A DNA stretch of 64,000 bases from Acidimicrobiia bacterium (lineage in GTDB: Bacteria > Actinomycetota > Acidimicrobiia > Acidimicrobiales > JANYDT01). The notes below the pieces were generated by a model. That model was not told where the DNA came from and searched no databases. It was given only the letters and a program-made list of their open reading frames with translations. The stretch is taken from the NCBI GenBank assembly GCA_031368215.1, contig JANLRD010000274.1, positions 55,878-119,877 of the forward strand. The letters run 5' to 3'. The translations under genes were made by a program, and so were the position numbers. Within the stretch, counting starts at the first letter, position 1; the number at the start of each line of letters is the position of its first letter. Below are positions 59,093 through 64,000 of this stretch, in pieces.

Positions 59093-60610
59093 ATGCTCTT
59101 CTCCGTTCTCGCTGCTGCCGAGTGGACTCGGCCCTATCTCGACTACCACGCTCTCGCCCCCGAGATCATTCTCACGCTCGTCGCGGTGAGCATCCTGGTT
59201 GCGGACCTCTTCATCGACGAGACGCGCAAGTACCTCATCACCACATGGGCCGGCGTCGGTGTTGCGCTCGCAGCGATCCCGCTGCTCACTCTGGCGGCCT
59301 CTGACGACACCGCCCGTGTGATGTTCGGCGGCGGCTACGTCGTTGATCGCTACGCACTGCTGCTCAAGGGTCTGTTCCTGGTGAGCGGTTACCTCGTGCT
59401 GCTCATGTCGTCGAACTACCTCGCCGAAGGCGATTTCTACGAGGGCGAGTACTCGTTCCTGCTCGTCTGTTCGATGCTCGGCATGATCGTCATGGCCTCG
59501 GCGCGCGACCTCATCACGATCTTCGTCGCCGTGGAGACCATCGCCATTCCTTCGTACCTGCTCGCCGGTTGGCGCAAGCGGGAATCGAAGAGCAACGAGG
59601 CGATGCTCAAGTACTACCTGCTCGGCGTCGTCGCATCGGCCGTGATGCTCTACGGCATGTCGTTCATCTACGGCATCACCGGTGCCACCCAGCTTTCCGT
59701 GATCGCCGACTCCGTGGCCGGCGAAGGCGTCACTCCGCTGTTGATCGTCGGCATCTTCCTGACCCTCGTCGGGTTCGCCTTCAAGATCTCGGCGGTGCCG
59801 TTCCATCAGTGGGCGCCCGACACGTACGAGGGCGCTCCCACCCCCATCACCGCCTTCCTGTCGGTGGCGTCGAAGACGGCGGGGTTCGTGGCGATCACCC
59901 AGATCGTGTTCGCCGGCTTCCTCGGTCGCTCCGAAGTGTGGCGCCCGATCTTCTGGGTGCTCGCCGCACTCACCATGACCGTCGGCAACCTCACGGCTCT
60001 CCGCCAGACCAATATCGTTCGTATGCTCGCGTACAGTTCGATCGCGCAAGCTGGATTCATCATGGCCCCGCTCGCCGTGGCCGGCATCAACGGGTCGGCG
60101 ACGAAGAGCGCGTTCGACGCGATCGTGCTCTACCTCGTGGTCTATGCCTTCATGAACCTCGGCGCTTTTGCGGTGGTCATCACCTTGTCCCGCAAGACCA
60201 AGAGCGGTGAGATCTCGAGCTTCGGCGGACTCTTCCAGTACGCACCGGGGCTGGCGATCGTCATGACGCTGATCATGGCGTCGCTCGCCGGCATCCCGCC
60301 CCTCGGCGGGTTCTGGGCGAAGTTCTTCGTGTTCAAGTCGATCATCGACGCCGGCACCACATGGCCAGTGGTTCTCGGCGTGATCGCGTCGGTCAACTCC
60401 GTCATTGCGTTCTTCTATTACGCATCGATCCTCCGCGAGATGTGGATGCGTCCGGTCCCCCTCGATGACCGCACGCCGGTCAAGCTCCCGGCCGCGCTCA
60501 CCACGGCGTTGGCGATCTGCACCGCCGGCATCGTCGCCATCGGTGTGTATCCTGGCATGCTCACGAAGCTTGTCGACGTGTCGAGCACCTTCGGCGCACT
60601 GATCAAGTAG
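59093..60610 (+). CDS. nuoN: Second complex I subunit N
   Basis: EAMLKYY, FKISAVPFHQWAPDTYEG. Confidence 0.95.
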   Translation: MLFSVLAAAEWTRPYLDYHALAPEIILTLVAVSILVADLFIDETRKYLITTWAGVGVALAAIPLLTLAASDDTARVMFGGGYVVDRYALLLKGLFLVSGYLVLLMSSNYLAEGDFYEGEYSFLLVCSMLGMIVMASARDLITIFVAVETIAIPSYLLAGWRKRESKSNEAMLKYYLLGVVASAVMLYGMSFIYGITGATQLSVIADSVAGEGVTPLLIVGIFLTLVGFAFKISAVPFHQWAPDTYEGAPTPITAFLSVASKTAGFVAITQIVFAGFLGRSEVWRPIFWVLAALTMTVGNLTALRQTNIVRMLAYSSIAQAGFIMAPLAVAGINGSATKSAFDAIVLYLVVYAFMNLGAFAVVITLSRKTKSGEISSFGGLFQYAPGLAIVMTLIMASLAGIPPLGGFWAKFFVFKSIIDAGTTWPVVLGVIASVNSVIAFFYYASILREMWMRPVPLDDRTPVKLPAALTTALAICTAGIVAIGVYPGMLTKLVDVSSTFGALIK

Positions 60611-60629
60611 CCGAGCCCTTCCGGGCCAT

Positions 60630-61760
60630 ATGGAACAGCTCCGCTCCCGCATACGGCGGGAGGGCCCGGTTTCGTTCTCCGTCTTCATGGGCGAAGCCCT
60701 GTACGGTCCCGGCGGGTTCTACACGAATGGTGGAGGCCCAGGCCGTCGGCGGGACTTCATCACCAGCCCGGAGGTCGGGCCCCTGTTCGGTGCCGTCGTC
60801 GCGGGGGCGCTCGACACGTGGTGGGAGGAGCTCGGGCGGCCGAGTCCGTTCATGGTTGCCGAGTTCGGTGCGGGCCCGGGCACGCTCTGCCGCGACATCC
60901 TCCGCGCTCAACCAGCGTGTGCGGTCGAGCTCCGGTACTTCCTCATCGACACTGCCGAGCCGATGCGGGCGTCGCATCGTCTGCATCGACTCCCACTCGT
61001 TGAACCCTCGGAGCTGCTCGGTCAGATCGATATCACCGACGAGGGCGATCACGTCGTCGCGCCGGGGCAGGGACCGCTCGTGGTGTCGCTTGCGGCGCTG
61101 CCCGACGCCGCGTTGCACGTCGTGCTGGCGAACGAGCTCCTCGACAATCTGCCGTTCGACGTTGCCCGGCGCGGGACGGATCGCTGGGAGGAGCTCCGAG
61201 TCGGTGTCGATGCTGACGGCGCCTTTGCGCCCGTGAGTGTCGGCCTTGATCCCGGTCGGGACGCGTTGCTGTGCCGGTTGGCCCCTCGCGCTTCGGCCGG
61301 ATCGATGGTGCCGATGCAGCACGCCGCGGTGTCATGGGTCGGGGGCGCGTACGCATCACTCACGGCCCACGGCGGGCGCGTCGTGGCAATCGACTACGGC
61401 GCCACCACGGCCGAACTCTCGGCCCGTGACGGCGGGTGGCTTCGGACCTACCGCGGACACGCGCGAGGCGTCGACCCCTTCGCCGCCGCCGGGAGTAGTG
61501 ACATCACCGCTGACGTCGCCGTCGACTTCGTCGGCCTCGAACACTCGGCCAGTTCGGTGACGACTCAGCGACAGTTCCTCGAAGAGCACGGGATCGGTGA
61601 GCTTGTCGCCGACGCCCGTCGCACGTGGCATGAACGAGCGGCCATCGGTGATCTTGCTGCCCTCGCCGCCCGAAGCCGGGTGGGTGAGGCCGATGCCCTC
61701 CTGGACCCGTCCGGCCTCGGCGCCTTCGTGGTCATGCAGTGGATCAACAAGTCGCGCTGA
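60630..61760 (+). CDS. SAM-dependent methyltransferase, MidA/NDUFAF7 family
   Basis: FMGEALY, DFITSPE, EFGAGPG, ANELLDNLP, IDYG, DITADV. Confidence 0.9.
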   Translation: MEQLRSRIRREGPVSFSVFMGEALYGPGGFYTNGGGPGRRRDFITSPEVGPLFGAVVAGALDTWWEELGRPSPFMVAEFGAGPGTLCRDILRAQPACAVELRYFLIDTAEPMRASHRLHRLPLVEPSELLGQIDITDEGDHVVAPGQGPLVVSLAALPDAALHVVLANELLDNLPFDVARRGTDRWEELRVGVDADGAFAPVSVGLDPGRDALLCRLAPRASAGSMVPMQHAAVSWVGGAYASLTAHGGRVVAIDYGATTAELSARDGGWLRTYRGHARGVDPFAAAGSSDITADVAVDFVGLEHSASSVTTQRQFLEEHGIGELVADARRTWHERAAIGDLAALAARSRVGEADALLDPSGLGAFVVMQWINKSR

Positions 61761-61790
61761 AGCCGCCCGCCGCGCCTGCCGGCGATGAAC

Positions 61791-61910
61791 CCTGCCGCAG
61801 ATCGGCCGCCTCCTGCCGCAGATCGGGCCTGCCCTGCCGCAGATCATCGACTTTCCGTCAGAAATCGTCTGAGAAGCACCGATGTGCGGCACAGTGAGGC
61901 CGATGTGCGG
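61791..61910. repeat. 21-bp-period direct repeats followed by inverted copies (palindromic element)
   Basis: CCTGCCGCAGATC at 61791, 61812, 61833; CCGATGTGCGG at 61879, 61900. Confidence 0.8.
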
Positions 61911-61974
61911 TGGGACGGACGGCCGGACGGATCGCACCGGGCAGAGGTGGCTTCGCCGTTGGGTACGCAGTGGA

Positions 61975-62907
61975 TCAACCCGCCGTGCAGGCGGTGAACA
62001 GTTGCCGTTTGAACGCCTCGCTGTCGGCGGTCCACACGACGGTCATCTTTGGCCGGACCGAGTCGGCGACGCACACGGACGCACCACGGTCGTCCTCGCC
62101 GTCGAGCGTCACATGGATCGCTTCCTCTGTTGCGTGGGTGGCGATGGTCGGGTCGATAGCAATCGCCGCAGTGATCGGGTCGGGAAGGTCATAGCCGGGA
62201 AGGCCGCTGTTGAGGCAATATTCGTTCACGACCCGGTTGATCTCGTGGACGAACTCGCCGAGCGGACCCAGGGTCTTCAGGTGAGCTTGGTCGTCGGGCG
62301 TCATCACGGCGAACTGGCGTGAGATGTTCCAACCGACCATGGTCTTGCGTCCGGACGCGGCGAACACGATGTCGGCCGCCTCCGGGTCACACCACACGTT
62401 GAATTCTCCATGGGCGTTCACGTTGCCGACGAGATCGGGGGCTCCGGCCATCATCACGGTGTGCTCGTATCGCGTCAGGAGGGCAGGGTCGCGGGTGAGT
62501 GCCGCGGCGATATTGGTGAGCGGACCAAGGGTCAACAGGGTGAGCGCCTCCCCGATACGCCCGGGGAGGGCGATCAGTTCATCGATCGCGTTCATCGACG
62601 CTGCACTTGTCGTCGCGCCCGGCAGATCGATGTCGCCCATACCGTCCTCCCCGTGGACGAACTGCGCTGTCTCCAGCGCTCGGTGAAGCGGCGCGTCGAG
62701 ACCCACATGGACCGGAGCAGCCGGGCGTCCCGCGGCGACACAGCGCTCTACAGTGAGGAGGGCGTTGTTCACCGCCATCGGGAGCGGCACGTTTCCAGCG
62801 ACCACGGTGATGGCTTCGACTGAGACGTACGGGTGCATCAACGCCATAACAAGCGCCACTGCGTCGTCGGAAGCGGTGTCGGTGTCGATGACCATGCGGA
62901 TTCCCAT
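61975..62907 (-). CDS. Inosine/uridine-preferring nucleoside hydrolase
   Basis: DTDTASDD, HGEDGMG, LGPLTN, EFNVWCDPEAA. Confidence 0.93.
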   Translation of the reverse strand: MGIRMVIDTDTASDDAVALVMALMHPYVSVEAITVVAGNVPLPMAVNNALLTVERCVAAGRPAAPVHVGLDAPLHRALETAQFVHGEDGMGDIDLPGATTSAASMNAIDELIALPGRIGEALTLLTLGPLTNIAAALTRDPALLTRYEHTVMMAGAPDLVGNVNAHGEFNVWCDPEAADIVFAASGRKTMVGWNISRQFAVMTPDDQAHLKTLGPLGEFVHEINRVVNEYCLNSGLPGYDLPDPITAAIAIDPTIATHATEEAIHVTLDGEDDRGASVCVADSVRPKMTVVWTADSEAFKRQLFTACTAG

Positions 62908-63008
62908 GGGGTCGAACGTAGCCGGGCGCATCGCGGGAGGACCAAGCGCTCGATGCGTTCGAAGACCCGGGGTCGTGCACCCGGAACGAAATGGGTAGCG
63001 TCAGACCC

Positions 63009-64000
63009 ATGAGCGAGCCGACCCTTGACGCACTACTTATTGAGAACCGGACGTTTCCTCCCCCGGCGGCGTTCGCCGCTGGTTCGTTGCTGAACGACCG
63101 CCGACTTCACGACGAGGCAGACGCAGATTGGGAGTCGTTCTGGGCCCGCCAGGCACGCGAGCTGGTCACCTGGACGAAGCCGTTCACCAAGGTCCTCGAT
63201 TGGCAGCTCCCGTTTGCCAAGTGGTTCGAAGACGGAGAGCTGAACATCAGCGCGAACTGCCTTGATCGTCACGTTGCCAACGGGCTGGGTGACCGCGTCG
63301 CCTATCACTTCGAGGGCGAACCGGGCGACACCCGAACGATCACGTACGCCGACCTCCTCGATGACGTGCAACGGTTCGCCGCGGCGCTCCGGGCCCGGGG
63401 CGTAGAGCGCGGCGACCGGGTGGCCATCTACATGCCGATGATTCCCGAGGCCGCAGTGGCCATGCTCGCCTGCACCCGCATCGGCGCAGCGCACTCGGTG
63501 GTGTTCGGAGGGTTTTCCTCGGACTCGCTCCGCGACCGCATCAACGACGCGGAAGCGACAGCCGTGATCACCGCCGATGCCGGCTATCGGCGTGGGTCGG
63601 CAAGCGCGCTGAAGGTCCATGTCGACGCCGCTCTCGTCGACTGTCCATCGGTCCACTCCGTCGTCGTCGTGAACCGCTGCAACACCGAGGTCACCATGAC
63701 CGAAGGACGCGACGTCTGGTACCACGACGTGATGGGTGCCCAGCCCGTTGGAACCACGTTTCAGCCCGAAAGTATGCACGCGGAGGATCTGTTGTTCATC
63801 CTCTACACGTCCGGCACGACCGCCAAGCCCAAGGGCATCATGCACACCACGGGTGGCTACCTCACGCAGGTCGCGTTCACCCACCGGTACGTCTTCGACC
63901 TACATCCGGAGACGGATGTCTACTGGTGCTCGGCCGACGTCGGCTGGGTCACCGGCCACAGCTATGTCGTCTACGGGCCGCTCGCAAACGCAGCGACGAG
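63009..64000 (+). CDS. acs: Acetyl-CoA synthetase (3' partial)
   Basis: FWARQA, WFEDGELNISANCLDRH, YTSGTTAKPKG, ADVGWVTGHSY; runs off the window. Confidence 0.95.
   Translation, partial: MSEPTLDALLIENRTFPPPAAFAAGSLLNDRRLHDEADADWESFWARQARELVTWTKPFTKVLDWQLPFAKWFEDGELNISANCLDRHVANGLGDRVAYHFEGEPGDTRTITYADLLDDVQRFAAALRARGVERGDRVAIYMPMIPEAAVAMLACTRIGAAHSVVFGGFSSDSLRDRINDAEATAVITADAGYRRGSASALKVHVDAALVDCPSVHSVVVVNRCNTEVTMTEGRDVWYHDVMGAQPVGTTFQPESMHAEDLLFILYTSGTTAKPKGIMHTTGGYLTQVAFTHRYVFDLHPETDVYWCSADVGWVTGHSYVVYGPLANAAT

Noticed and set aside
63033-63884. Minus-strand 283-aa ORF
   Set aside because: Antisense shadow of acs, which the ORF track misses because it runs off the window

Overview
High-GC (roughly two-thirds G+C) actinobacterial chromosome segment, probably class Acidimicrobiia (inferred from gene content and protein style). 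It is dominated by energy metabolism. In order: rex-hemACD, dapD, msrA, hemB-hemL, an EVE protein, a MenJ-like geranylgeranyl reductase and a TetR regulator. Next is a ~21 kb respiratory super-operon preceded by a Rex box: membrane protein, 2[4Fe-4S] ferredoxin, split b6-type cytochrome b, Rieske protein, diheme cytochrome c, membrane protein, then a complete nuoA-N. A second 11-subunit complex I lacking nuoEFG is split into nuoAB and nuoCDHIJKLMN by a ~16 kb block (CoA transferase, coxL-like remnant, CHAP protein, MFS, LLM oxidoreductase, hut genes with an embedded peptide deformylase, desaturase, vapBC). The window ends with a MidA/NDUFAF7 methyltransferase, a nucleoside hydrolase and a partial acs. 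No tRNA, rRNA, transposase or cas genes were seen. The most unusual signal is at operon junctions: many intergenic gaps hold ~53-54 bp 'echo' copies of the upstream gene's 3' end and/or tiny ORFs translationally coupled to both neighbours. Other candidates are a 6S-like structured RNA, a Cys/CP-motif extension on HemL, a deformylase possibly replacing HutG, and a MidA/NuoD-Arg correlation. All calls are by eye, without database searches.
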